Positions 26,666 to 38,702 of a stretch of 64,000 bases of DNA are shown piece by piece. Below the pieces are notes generated by a model. It was not told where the DNA came from, made no database searches, and was given only the letters and a program-made list of their open reading frames with translations. The position numbers and the translations under genes are program-made. Within the stretch, counting starts at the first letter, position 1. The number at the start of each line of letters is the position of its first letter. The stretch comes from Phoronis australis (taxonomy: Eukaryota; Animalia; Phoronida), in contig NMRA01000649.1 in the NCBI GenBank assembly GCA_002633005.1, positions 108,807 through 172,806 of the forward strand. The letters run 5' to 3'.

Positions 26666-27688
26666 GAGCATGCTGAAGAAATTATAACAAATTCACACAC
26701 TTTGCCATAAATTCTATTGAGAATCATAATTTTCTACAAGGCACTGATGCGTAGTTGCATGCACAACACCTCCACTCAAATATACACGGCATTAGTGAAT
26801 CAGTCAAAAGTCTACGTTTATTAACGTTCGCTTACAATCTATAGCCGTGATATACCTGAAGTAATATTCAACGAGACGACAGAAGGGTAATACGAGCTTC
26901 AAGGCTATGGGCCTACTTTCTTGTTGACTCAGTGTTGTTATTGTAGAGATGAACATCAACGAAATATTATGTAGTGCAAATACACTCGCATGACTATGAA
27001 TACTCAACGAAAAAATACAAATGAATACGAAAAATCAATTAACTCTTTTCATACGTCCAACACACTTAAGCAGTTACTGTTTGATTGAATTCAATGTTAG
27101 CTGTTGCCGATGGATTGTTGGGCGCAGTTACAATTTCTGACCCAGAGAGTTTCGCGAATCACCTCTGCTATATAAATGCCATCAGCTCGAAGAATCCTCG
27201 AAACAAAGGATACGCCTTGGCATAGTTAGCCCACCACTCACAAGCATAGTTGCAAGTCCTGTCTACGCACTTCGAATTTCCATATACGACTTTCCTGGGA
27301 GTAATATGCATGTTCTGGTACCCACGATATATATAAACAGGAAACTCTACTTCTACCACGGGTACCAGAGTCCCTCCACCAAGACTGCTCGCACACCACC
27401 AACGATGAGACCGTGTACGTGTCGGAACGTTCGTCCGTTACTTACTGTCCGTTACCAACTTTGTATAGGATCAATATATTACTCCTAGGTACCGACTGTA
27501 GTTTTCATCTATATATTTCCAACAACTGCTATCTTCCAATCCTTCTTTAGGCATTCCACGTGTGTGTGTGTGGGGGGGGGGGGGGTGGAGATCACACTCC
27601 GCCAGCCAGTTGCAATAATCAAAATTGCCCCTTTATTGAGTTGTTCTGAATGAAAAGAAAACTGTTTTGGGATAAAGTGGACACTCAC

Positions 27689-30449
27689 CTGGGGGGCAAC
27701 ATAATCTTCAGGTCATCCTCAAAATATTTCAGTTTTCCATTGCTACACCTTTGAATTCTGAATTGTATGTCCAATCAGCAGGTGAAAATTATCATTATCA
27801 TTATAGATCCATTAATTTATGTTCAATCTTTCATTGTCAAGAGGCGCCCTCATTTTTCGATTGTAAATATACATGTTGAAACAATTTAAAAACATTGCTT
27901 TTGTCAGGTTGCAAATAAAATGTTGCGAGAGTATTATTCAGTCAGACCCGAGAGGGGAAACGTATTTTTCAAATTCTAATTCACTTATCACTCATAAGAT
28001 ATGAATAACTCAGAAAACTTGGGGGTGGTGGTGGAGACCAGAGCATCGTTTATACCCAGTAGGGATATACAAGACGTGCCTTTTACCATTCAATTCTCGA
28101 CTTAATTCCTTACAAAGTGTCACTCTGAGAGATAAAAATTCTCCAAAGAGGCTCCTTTGTGGGACAATAAAGTACAAAGAAGAGTTTTTAATAATAGGCG
28201 AAAATGTTTAGTTGGTTTTGAGGAGAGGCTCGAATTTCTGTACTAGAAATCGAACTCAAAAATGCTTTGGCATTGTACGTTCTAAACATTTACTCAGTGT
28301 TTTTGAAACTCAAGATAAATGTACGCTGATGGAACCGGAACTCAATATAATTATCTCTAAGTCTAAAGAGCTATAATACTACATTCTGTGCAATTTAGCA
28401 CATTAGAATTTGTGCTAATGAGACTCCAGTCAAAGTTTGCACTTGATGACCCCTAGATTCGAGATAAAACTGAAATAAAAGCTCGAGATTTCGAGTTCAC
28501 TGAGACTTTAACTTTTAGCCTTAATGCTGGGTTCGACAAGCTAGGATCACAGTATCGACGAGGCACAGGACAATGGCTATCTTGAGTTCGCACAAAAGTA
28601 AAATAGAAAATGACAAGCTGTTTGTCACGTTTGAAACACACTTTTATGTTCATTTCGAGTAAATGATTAGAACCCTCGTCCCCGATCTCTTTTTTGAAAA
28701 CCGAGTAGGTGGTGCGGTATTTTTAGTTGCAGCGTTACCCAGAAGTATAAGGCAACGGCCTTATAGTGTGGGTCATTTACATTCTGTCGTGAGCAAAAGC
28801 ATCAATTCCAATATAAGGTTCCTTGTTGTATTATTAAGTTAGTCGAAAAAATCTATCATCTATCAGCACTTTGGTCATGACTGATTTGTAAACACAAAAA
28901 ATATAATTGGCCTTATATCTGAATTAACAGTAGGGGCTTATAGTCGAATGTAAGGCCATGGCCTTACGTTCTAGGCCATTTCCAGCGTTCTAAAATGTAT
29001 TATTCAAGTTCGGCCTATATATGGTCTAGGCTTTGGCCGGGTTGTACGGTACTATGATGTGCGATCTGTTTCCAACCTTGCTTACGTGTCGTTGTGTAGC
29101 TTTAAAAAAAACAAAAAAAAACACAAGACCTTGAATACTTTGGCTGAAATTGGTACAGGGAAGCGGCGTTTCAAAATGAGTGGAGGTGAAGACCAGGGGC
29201 GGTCCATTTCATCATGAAGAGTCCAAAACTTAAACAGAAATAAGGTCTTACGCTTCACACAACTATTTTTGAAAAACGATAAAACTTCCCTTAAGCAACA
29301 GTATTCCGCATAACTATTTTTGAAAAATATAATTAAATCACCTTCGAGTAAAAGTGTAGTCTCCAAAAATGTACACATTACTGCTAGCACTGCCCAAAGT
29401 AGCCAATAGCTCATATTTAAGGGTTGGTTAGTTACCGACAATGCCCAAAGGTGTCTCCTACTCCTCTGAGCTTGGGCTAGCAACAAGCGAAGCCTGCAAA
29501 AGGGGATGAATGAGAAAGCGATTTCTGCAGCTGTGCTCGTATTTTTTAGTTACCGAGATAATTATTTCTGGACTGTGATGCACTCATAATTACTTGGCTG
29601 AGACTTTAGTCAGCAATTAAGGGCGGAAGTGGGAGCTAAGGACCAAATTTCTGTCTTAAGTCAGTTTCGTGAAAACAGACCCCGGCCCTGAACAATGGTT
29701 TTTGGCCTCACGACCTATACCTTTAGAAATGGTTGCAGTTGATGTACTGTTTCAGACACAACGGATTAAAATTCAACTATCCAATAAGTCCGACAAATGG
29801 AAGTTGTTCTGGAACAAACCCCTACATAAGGACGACATTTTCATGGAAGCTTCCTGCAAAATGGGTGCCTTTTTCTCAGTACTGCGCTCTCTAACTGGGC
29901 GGGAGTCCAAATTTTCCGCGGCACCTACCTCCCGCCATCGTACAGTTGAGTGTCTTCCAAGCAAAATGCCTATGGTGAAGTTCTGAGCATAGTTCAGCAC
30001 TGTGGTGACTTTCATGATAATTTCCCCGATAACATTTCTGTAAATTGAAGAACCTTTACACTATTTCAATATGCAATTCACCACTGTGGTCATCACAATC
30101 TTACACAGAAGTGACTGTTCAAGGAATAAATAACTACGCACATTACTCACAAGATGGTGCTGACGAATAACCTCTTTTTAACACATGAATAAATAGATCG
30201 AATCAAAAAGCACTTTAATCTCAGTATAAAGGTCTCGCATGATTACCTGAATGCAGACATTTATTGGGTAGGACTCTAACTCCACTAGCACCACCCAGTG
30301 AATTTCGAGTTGCCCGTGGAAATCACGTTTGTGAGGAATACCCCCGAGATTTCGGAGTTGTCTTTTGACCAGCCACTGGCACTGGGTCCCACTTCATGAC
30401 ATCTTAGATCCATCACCATTGATTCTGTCATAAAATGTTCTTACACAGC
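27689..30449 (-). ncRNA. Possible spliced non-coding transcript or spliced DET1 3' extension (exons 30449-30247, 30037-29929, 27757-27689)
   Basis: Three minus-strand segments each bounded by cag| and |gtaatc, |gtaggt or |gtgagt; no recognisable protein in any frame. Confidence 0.3.
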
Positions 30450-30569
30450 CTGGGTGTGTTGAAAATTAAGAAAAAAAAAACGCTGTATCTATTCTTGCAC
30501 ACTATTTATTTCTGGTAACGGCCATTATCCATCATCATGGTTTAAAACCCTCATTGTGTTCCTGAGAAA

Positions 30570-32050
30570 GTACAGGCCTGTTTGTAACAAACTGATATGC
30601 ACCCACCATGTGCATTGTTGCAGTGCAAATACAAGACATGATCACCACGTTAAATACTCCCACTAAAAGGAGCAGAGCTAGTAAATTTAATAATAATTTC
30701 TAGGGGGTGCAAACAAAGTCAAAAATGCTCTCCTCAATAGGAACACATCTGCCACCTTTTGTCATGATTCTTCAACAAGTTTAAAGGGTAGGGAGGCAGA
30801 CAACAAGGACACAAAAACAACAGAAAGGCCATTAGGGGGTGCAATGTAGATTAAACCACCAAAAACATGGCCCGTGCTATTGTCTAAGTCATAGTAACTT
30901 ATTTGCCAAATTTAATGAGCACCCATCAAGGAACTTGGCAAAGAAAAACAAAATTGCCACAAGATGACACCACACATGCCACATATTATGAAGATCCATC
31001 AAGAAACTTGTATTAAGCCACAGGCAAAAACTTAAAATTGACACAAGAGGGCACCAAAGCCATTGGACCCACTCCAAAATCATCATCAACCATGCACTTC
31101 CAAGCAGGTATACATAGGCCGATTTTCATAATGATCCTTAAACTGACTTGTAGGATAGAGAAGCAGACACCAAAAAAACCAGACTCAAAAATAATTAAAG
31201 TAAGTAGAATGTGATACATTAAGTCCATGAAAAATGGATAGGTGTTATAGTCTCTTTAATAGAAACCTATTTGCCGAGGTTCATGAAAATCTGTCAAGTA
31301 ACTCTGAAGACAAAACATATAAAACTAAACTTTCCACTAGGGGGCACAATGGTAACTGAATTCACCTGAAAGCCATCGCCACCCATTGCCACCTTCCTAG
31401 AAATGCACCAGACATAATTAGCAAAGATGCGGCAAGTCTAGAAGATAAAGCCGTGGACGGGAAAAAGATAAAACTGCCACTAAGGAGGTGCCACATAAGT
31501 CAGAGCCATCTGAAAATCATCAAAAAACAAAACTGCCACTAGAGGAGAGAATAATGAATGGACCCGACCAAAAGTTGATACCATCCGTAGTCACTTTAAT
31601 AGTAATACACTTGCCAAATTTACCAAAGTTCCTGCAACGGGTTCATGGGATACAACCGCGGACACAAAAACAAAACCGCTACAAGGAAGCGCCACAGTAG
31701 TTGAAGCCATCCGAAAATCACCGTCCGCTGTCCTCTTCTCAGTAGGAATACATATACCAATTTTCATAGTCATCCTTAAAATAGTTTGGCCAATAGAGAG
31801 GCGAATGCCAAAAACAGTAAAAACGTCCACTAGGTGGTGCAGAATATGTTAAATCCATTTGAAAACAAGAAAGCACCGCTGTCTCCATAACAGCTACATA
31901 CCAATGTGCCAAGTTTCATAAAAATCCGTCAAGGAACTCCGAATATACAGAGGCAGACGTAAAAACTAAAACTGTCACAATGGGGCACACCAGTAGTCGC
32001 ATCAGTCTGAAAATTCACTCATGGCCTCTCATCCATGGAACACAATAATG
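30570..32050. mobile_element. Degenerate Helentron-like element or satellite array
   Basis: Recurrent CCACTAGGGGGCAC and CCAAGTTTCAT.AAAATCCGTCAAG-like units. Confidence 0.6.
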
Positions 32051-32213
32051 CTCCCACACACAAATAGGTGAGTACATAAGAAACATAAGCCTCACAGTTT
32101 ACAAAAAAGTGTCGTGCTTAACAAACCAAAACTCTTTTTCGTTAGAATGTTTTTATGCACGCACTACATAATTAAGCACGAGCGTGGTCCCAGTTCCTCC
32201 ATTTTCACATGTA

Positions 32214-32403
32214 TCACGTAAGACAATGCCTTACATGGAAGTTAACAACATATTCTGCGTTAGTCCTTTGCACACTTATTGCAAATGGTGCCGATGGGTG
32301 GAAGGTGAAGGCCACGAGTCGCCTCGCAGCAGGAGGGGGATTCCTACCGAGAACACCAGCGTAGATCTTGAACTTCAGCAAACCCGAGTCACGTGCATAG
32401 AAC
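32214..32403 (-). CDS. DET1: DET1 homolog, last coding exon
   Basis: ttccag|G TTC; encodes [63 protein letters not shown], the DET1 C-terminus. Confidence 0.96.
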
Positions 32404-32617
32404 CTGGAAATGGAGCCCATCCATACATTAAAAATGACGACTATGGACAAAATGTGTAAAAAATTAGACATGTAAGGGAAAGGATAATATTTGAGTTTTT
32501 TTTTCTACAAAAATATTAAAATCCATCTTAGTCATATAGCAAAAGCTGCATTTCTCAGCAAAAAACAAAAATCCAATTAGGCCACTTGCAATCATGAAAT
32601 TGACCTCATAATATTCC

Positions 32618-32791
32618 CTACCATGATAGGATTTCCATTACCAACAAGAACATAGAAATCATCAGTGACTCAAAAATGCTTCAGAGTTGTTTGGGGTTGG
32701 TCAACCCTAAAATTGTGAATTCAAAAATGGCGCATGGACACACTGCCTATGACTCGAGTTGGTAACAGAAACGGAATAATCCTATCACAGT
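32618..32791. mobile_element. Small MITE-like repeat in the DET1 intron; related sequence at ~5985-6020
   Basis: TGATAGGAT..CC..TTACCAAC inverted with GTTGGTAAC..GGAAT.ATCCTATCA. Confidence 0.55.
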
Positions 32792-33131
32792 CAGGAATAT
32801 CACGAGACCATAAAATAAAAGGCCAAATTTCAATTTCGTTTTTAGCAACCACTGCAGGAAGAAATGCAGCTTTAATTATAGTCTATTTTGACGTTCACAG
32901 AAGCAAACCTAAATTCTTGTGGCCTTCAGAGATTTGGGTAAGTGGAAAAAGGGACCTTTTAAAGAGTACCCCCCGGGCCTTCACCAACTTGTAACTATAG
33001 CAGAGTTATCACCCGATTGGATGCATTAGTCACTTATAAGGGTCCCAGATTTCTAGGAACAGTTTGAGGCATTTTATTCAATGGAGGAAACTGGTTCTCA
33101 AATTCCATAGACCGCTGTAAGTGCTCATTAC

Positions 33132-34649
33132 CTGATCGGGTGATCTCCACAAGATTTGGGTCTCTCCATCACCGAAACCCACTTATCGTCGTAACTGAAC
33201 AGTGCCAAGTCCAGGTAGGGGCTGCTACTGTACGACTGTGAACTGATGGGCAGCTGGGCGAGTAGACGCTTCACTGCCTCTGTCTGGCCCCCATATTTAG
33301 CGTTTATAATTGTCTGCTTGAAGCGCTGGTGAACCTGAAGAGCATGAACACTACTGGAGGGGGAGCACGTGAACTGGGACGCAGCGTTGCGGAAGTGATC
33401 ACAAAAGTCCTCAAATAAGTCCAGCAACTCGCCCGAAGTGTTCTCGTAAACTGCCAGTACGTTAGACATGTTCATATTATAAACCACAAAGAATGATGGC
33501 TGAGAGTTTGGATCCGGTGTACGTAATGTTACCACTTCCTCACTGGCATACTTTATCAACAAATGGCGCTCATCCAACAGTTGCATTTTCCACATACGCA
33601 ACTGTTTGAATTGATCGAAATACTGGTAAAACTTTCTTAAGGCAAACGCAGTCCCTTCTCGTTCAGCTTCCCGGTACAGGTACACGAGCAGTCTGTGCTT
33701 CAGACTGTTAATGTTTTCTTCACTGAATGGTTGAGCAGAATGTCTGCTGGTGTTATGCTGCCTGCTAGAGGGCTCTTGTCCTTGACGAACTGAAGAAATC
33801 AACAGCTCGTCGTCCTCATAACAGAACCGGCCAATTTTACGGACATCAACAAACGTGCCGCTTGAGTCCACTTGGAATATGTGAACAGTCTGTTGCTGCA
33901 CAGAGAGTACGGCTAGAGTGTCTTTATACAGATACAGCCCTTGATTGTGTGAGAGGAAGATCTTGTCACATTTGAAAACTCTCGAGTCTCTCAGCTGACC
34001 TGTGTTCAAATCAACAATATGCAATGTGTAGTCCTCCAATGGGGAGCGAGGATTGGGTGTGACCGATTCGTTATTTCTGTACATGTCATAAAAGTAAGGA
34101 TAGGGCTCATCCGGTATATACGAGGCGGAACCGACGATAACAAATCGACTATCATCGGTGAACAAGCTGCATTCTCTGTTTAAGTGTTCACCATTGGAAG
34201 CGACAGGTGTTATGTGTTTACGCTTGAAAAACCGTTCAAAAACTTTACTCCTGATGTTGACCGACCTCTGGTCGGTGGAATTAGCGGTGATGTCACCAGA
34301 CACTTCCTGTAGCAAGTCCTCTGCTGCGGCTGGCCCTTGAAACTCGTAGACCTCTATGGATGTCTGGTCGGAGGAGAATGCGACAAAGTACTGCCCACTT
34401 GGAGCAAACTTGCGCAGAAAACATGGCGGCTTCTCTACGTTAATAACTGTAAAGCTTGGAAATACATTTTGATAAAATTTCCGTGTCTCGTTGAATTGGG
34501 TGGCAGGTCTGCCAGTGTGAGTCTGCCGTTGAAATAGGCGGTAGACAACATTCTGGTTGGGTATTTTTCTGGCCTTTAGGAAACCAGAACTGTAGACACT
34601 GGTCCTTGATGATCTTGGACACTGGTGCAAGTCTTTGTTGGAGTTATTC
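33132..34649 (-). CDS. DET1: DET1 homolog, large coding exon (CUL4-DDB1/COP1 adaptor)
   Basis: tttttag|G AAT ... ATC AG|gtaatg; [67 protein letters not shown] all match DET1. Confidence 0.97.
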
Positions 34650-35620
34650 CTAAAAAGCAAACACAATTTACAGCAGTTCAATACTGATAAATTTGCCCAT
34701 TTGGAGTGTTGCAAAACTGTAGTCTATGAGTGAATGCGTAATTATAGGGTAAGGTAATAACTGCTCTCGCAGGAGAGGGGATTGAGAGCTTGAGTTTGAG
34801 TTTTTAGATAAAAGTAAATTGTTGCCACTTTTTATGTATCAGTTTGCATGTGGAGTAAGTACTCTCTAGTCCACATTCAAACCTTGGTAAGGTAATTAAT
34901 TTGACATGACAATTGATACGATTGGCCAAGATGGTTCATGAATTTTGTTCATTGTGGAGACAGATGTCATTCACAAGGGTCACATAATCTTGGACGAGAT
35001 ATCAAAGGTTTTAGATGACTGGCAGTTATTTTTGATTCCTACAACTTGCTTTATACTGATTCCGAGGTGGTACAGATGATTTCATTCAGCAATCACGAGC
35101 ATGAGAACAAGGGGAAAGAATGACAACTACTGTCAGTCAGAAGTCTCACCTGTGCTACTCCTTGTTGTTAAGGCCAAATGAAGCAAAAGACAACTGGCAT
35201 ATGTCATACATTTTGATTTTCACCACACGTAATTCATTCACGTTTGCAAAAAATTCACTGTTTGACAATCCTAACCTGGTGACACTAATTTTTAATCTAT
35301 TAGTAAACTGAAAATTACGTCAAAATGCCTGCTACAAATTGTGTACCAGAGTGCATGAGTGTCTCATTGACTGGGCAGTTGAAAGAAACTAAATTTGCAT
35401 GCGGACCATGGGCAAGAGGCACATGTAAATGATGTTTAAAATGCATCGTCTGTTGTTCATTAAGTTGTAGATTTAGTTTGGGACTGTTCATATTTGTAAA
35501 GGTCTCATCAATGTAAGAGGACGATTCTTTCATGCCATGAATAATGCGTTTACACGAAAGTCACGCTTTTCTAAAGATATCCGTGACTTTTCACCGCTCG
35601 TCCTTCTCAGCGGCTTTTAC

Positions 35621-35646
35621 CAGAAACAAAGAGAGCACAGCGCCAT
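35621..35646 (-). CDS. DET1: Candidate first coding exon of DET1 (MALCSLCFW)
   Basis: aatATGGCG start context; the TG|gtaaaa donor is phase 2, matching the acceptor at 34649; the large exon has no suitable Met. Confidence 0.4.
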
Positions 35647-37294
35647 ATTCGGACTCAGTTGCGATGACCGCAATGTCTGGTGCGAGCAAGACCCAATTAA
35701 GTGCAATTACCTGGCCATAAACTGTTGTAAACATCTATGCCTGTGCATACTGCCGAATTTTTAAAATGCATTAACCAACATTTTTCATTAAAAACAAATA
35801 CCACAGCGGTATTCAGATGGAAAAAACAACCACGTCTGGTTTTTGATTTTTAAAAATCAATGAACTATTAAGCTAAAAACTACGAACATTGGGTACGATT
35901 AAAGATAAACGACTGTGCGTATTGATATACTTGGTGGATTTACAAAAACTGGTGCACTAACCGGATCACTGATATTCGCGGAAATGGGTCAATTTCGATA
36001 GTTAGATTGTAGTTGTAATGGAACACGTGTAAAGACAAGAAGATGGATAGCTTTCTAGTCAACGAGAGAGTGCATGCAGTGGATGACGTTGGTCGGTGGG
36101 CAAGAGCTGTGATTTCATTTTTATGACTGAGGAAAAGCTACAATAGTTACGTAGTTACTGCAACCAAAATTGTCCAGAGGTTCCAAATCCTCAGTTTGGC
36201 TACCACCATGTTTGCACTTTTGTATATATTTAAATTTATGACTTGAGTTCTAATAAACATTGAACTTGAAGTAAGGACAGGTGTAATGTTGTTTGCTGTG
36301 ACATGTTTGGTGTAGCTATGATCTGGAAAAGTTAAAAATCGATACTAGTAAAACAGTTTGTGGTTGAGGTAGAGTTGCTGTAAACCACTTTCCACTATTT
36401 TCTTGGCCTTTTTCTGTGTGGTTTTCTGTTCTTTCAAAAGGCGACAGCATATGACGACCATAGGAGTTATTATAAAATGGCTGCCGAAAAGCAATGCACA
36501 GTTGAACAACTCGGCATAAGTAAAAGAAAACGTTTGAAACAACGAGAGAGTTAAACCAAATCCTATTCAGAGCATAACTTTGAAGTGGAATAATTGGGTG
36601 AGTACGACAACAAGCCGGTTTTATGCTTAGACGGACGACCATTGGGTTCCCGAGTATATATATATATATCATTGAATTTTGCAATGAGCAAAAACACTCG
36701 ATTTTCAAATTCTGTCGTTTGAAAAACTGGGAAAATTCAGGAAAACTGTCCACACCTGACATTGTCCAACATCACTGGTGCCGGAGAACTTCTACTTCGA
36801 GCTCAAGACGTTCTCCTCTGGCGTACATTTATTTGAGGTGACTCCAATATACGGTACACTTTTACAACTCTTTATTTAGTGTTTTTCTGCACTGAAGATT
36901 AACACTTCCGCTACACGCACGCTACCTTGTGGATGAAAACCATTCTTTTATGGTAATGTTAAGTATCGTCCGGTTACCTATTTTCGTCAGGCTCCAAAGT
37001 TCGTCCGCCATCTTGTTTCGCGTGCAGCGCAACCACGCNTTCATTCAAGGAAAAATATGAACAGTTAAAACTGGACAGTTTTTATACCGTGAAAACATGG
37101 CTGCGAAGCCGTAAAGTGTGTTTGAGCCTATAACTTTATAAAAACGCAATATTTTGAGGAAATATTTTACCGCTGTTTATAGATCCCATAGGACTACCTA
37201 TGTGCCAAATTTGGTGAAAATCGGCTGACCCCCACCTTGCCGCTCATGGCTGGTGCTCTCGTGGACTAGTACTTAAGCTTCAAAGTTGGTCGGA

Positions 37295-37500
37295 AGAAGA
37301 ATAAGAATAAGAATAAGAATAAGAATTAAGTTGAACAAAACCCAGGAACAACAGTACTCTGCGGTTGCACGCGCAGAGTAATAAAATTGAAGAAAACCCA
37401 GGAACAACAGTACTTTGCGCTTGCACGCGCACAGTAATAAGAATAAAACTGGAGAAAACCCAGGAACAACAGTACTCTGCGCTTGCACGCGCAGAGTAAA
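37295..37500. repeat. (AATAAG)n microsatellite plus three ~55-60-bp tandem hairpin units (Helentron/DINE-like terminus)
   Basis: AAAACCCAGGAACAACAGTACTCTGCGCTTGCACGCGCAGAGTA x3, each with a TACTCTGCG..CGCAGAGTA-type stem. Confidence 0.8.
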
Positions 37501-38702
37501 AACGGGCATTTTTGGGTTTTACATCTCCTGTTCGACGAAAAACGCTGTCGGCAAGTCTTTGTGTGTTGCAGCGAACGTTTCACCTTTACGCTTTGGCTTA
37601 CACAAAGATGTCCCGCATTTTAGTTCTGGAGTTCCGCTTTTCGATCCATTTGTTCCGATCTTCAATGTTGACCGTGACAACAATTGCAACAGGTTTACAA
37701 AATAACATTGTCTCTTTCTATGAATATTGTTATTCTCCAACGTCCACTTTCTTTAATAACATAACAATAGCAAGAATGTGTTTCAATGTCTCTCGTTTTT
37801 ACACTACATATGTCAGGATCACTAACGTTTACTATTTGAAGAAATGAACATATTTCGAAACTTTTAAGGAAAGTCCTACACTGCAACCAATGTGTTGGGC
37901 TATCCACAATACTTTTCAAAGCTACGTGATAGATGTTTGGCCATTTTTGTCTACAGTATCAGAAAACCTTTATCCGAAAATTTCACATTTTACATACTTG
38001 GAGTAGTTTATCGCAAGAATCGTAATTGTCATTACATTCTGAATATTTACTGAATAATTTAATTTACCAAACGACACTATGGTGAAGATGTGAAATTTTC
38101 GTTGAATGCCTGACTAAGTTATCCACAGCAAGTGTGAGGGATCCATATTCTAATACCTTTTCTTAATAGGGTAGAAATCTTTTGAATCATTGCAGTTATT
38201 TTCCTAATGGCTTAATCAGTCATTTACATAACCTCTCTGGTTCATTTTCTGTCTTATTTTACTATTATACGCTGTTATGTTTCACATTTTGGTAACACTA
38301 TTGGTTTATAGAATTAAAAAATATTGTTAAACCTGTCAGGTTTGCGAAATGATAATTACTTATCAATTAAAGTATTTATCTTTTGCATCGTGTACAATCA
38401 TCAAGAGCTGACAAAGGGCTTTCTAATGACATGGTTCGACAATTTGGTTAAAAAACGGCGGAGTTGTGAAAAATTTCAATGAAAGTAAAATCCAGTCCAA
38501 GTACACACACCGGGAAAGACGAATGCAAACAACTCTCGCGCATGTGCGGCCTTACCTCAGCGGCCATTTCAGGTCTAGAGTTCTATGCTTTAAAAGCGTT
38601 TGAGCCCCACATTGGCGGGTACTTTTATGGTATGTCTACTACCTTTAAAGCCCACTACGCTCAGTAACGATAGGATTTGTTTCAATTTAGTCTCAAAACA
38701 TT

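Noticed and set aside
27168-27359. 63-aa minus-strand ORF with Cys/Trp (YACEWWANY)
   Set aside because: No ATG or good acceptor, an upstream stop, and no recognisable family.
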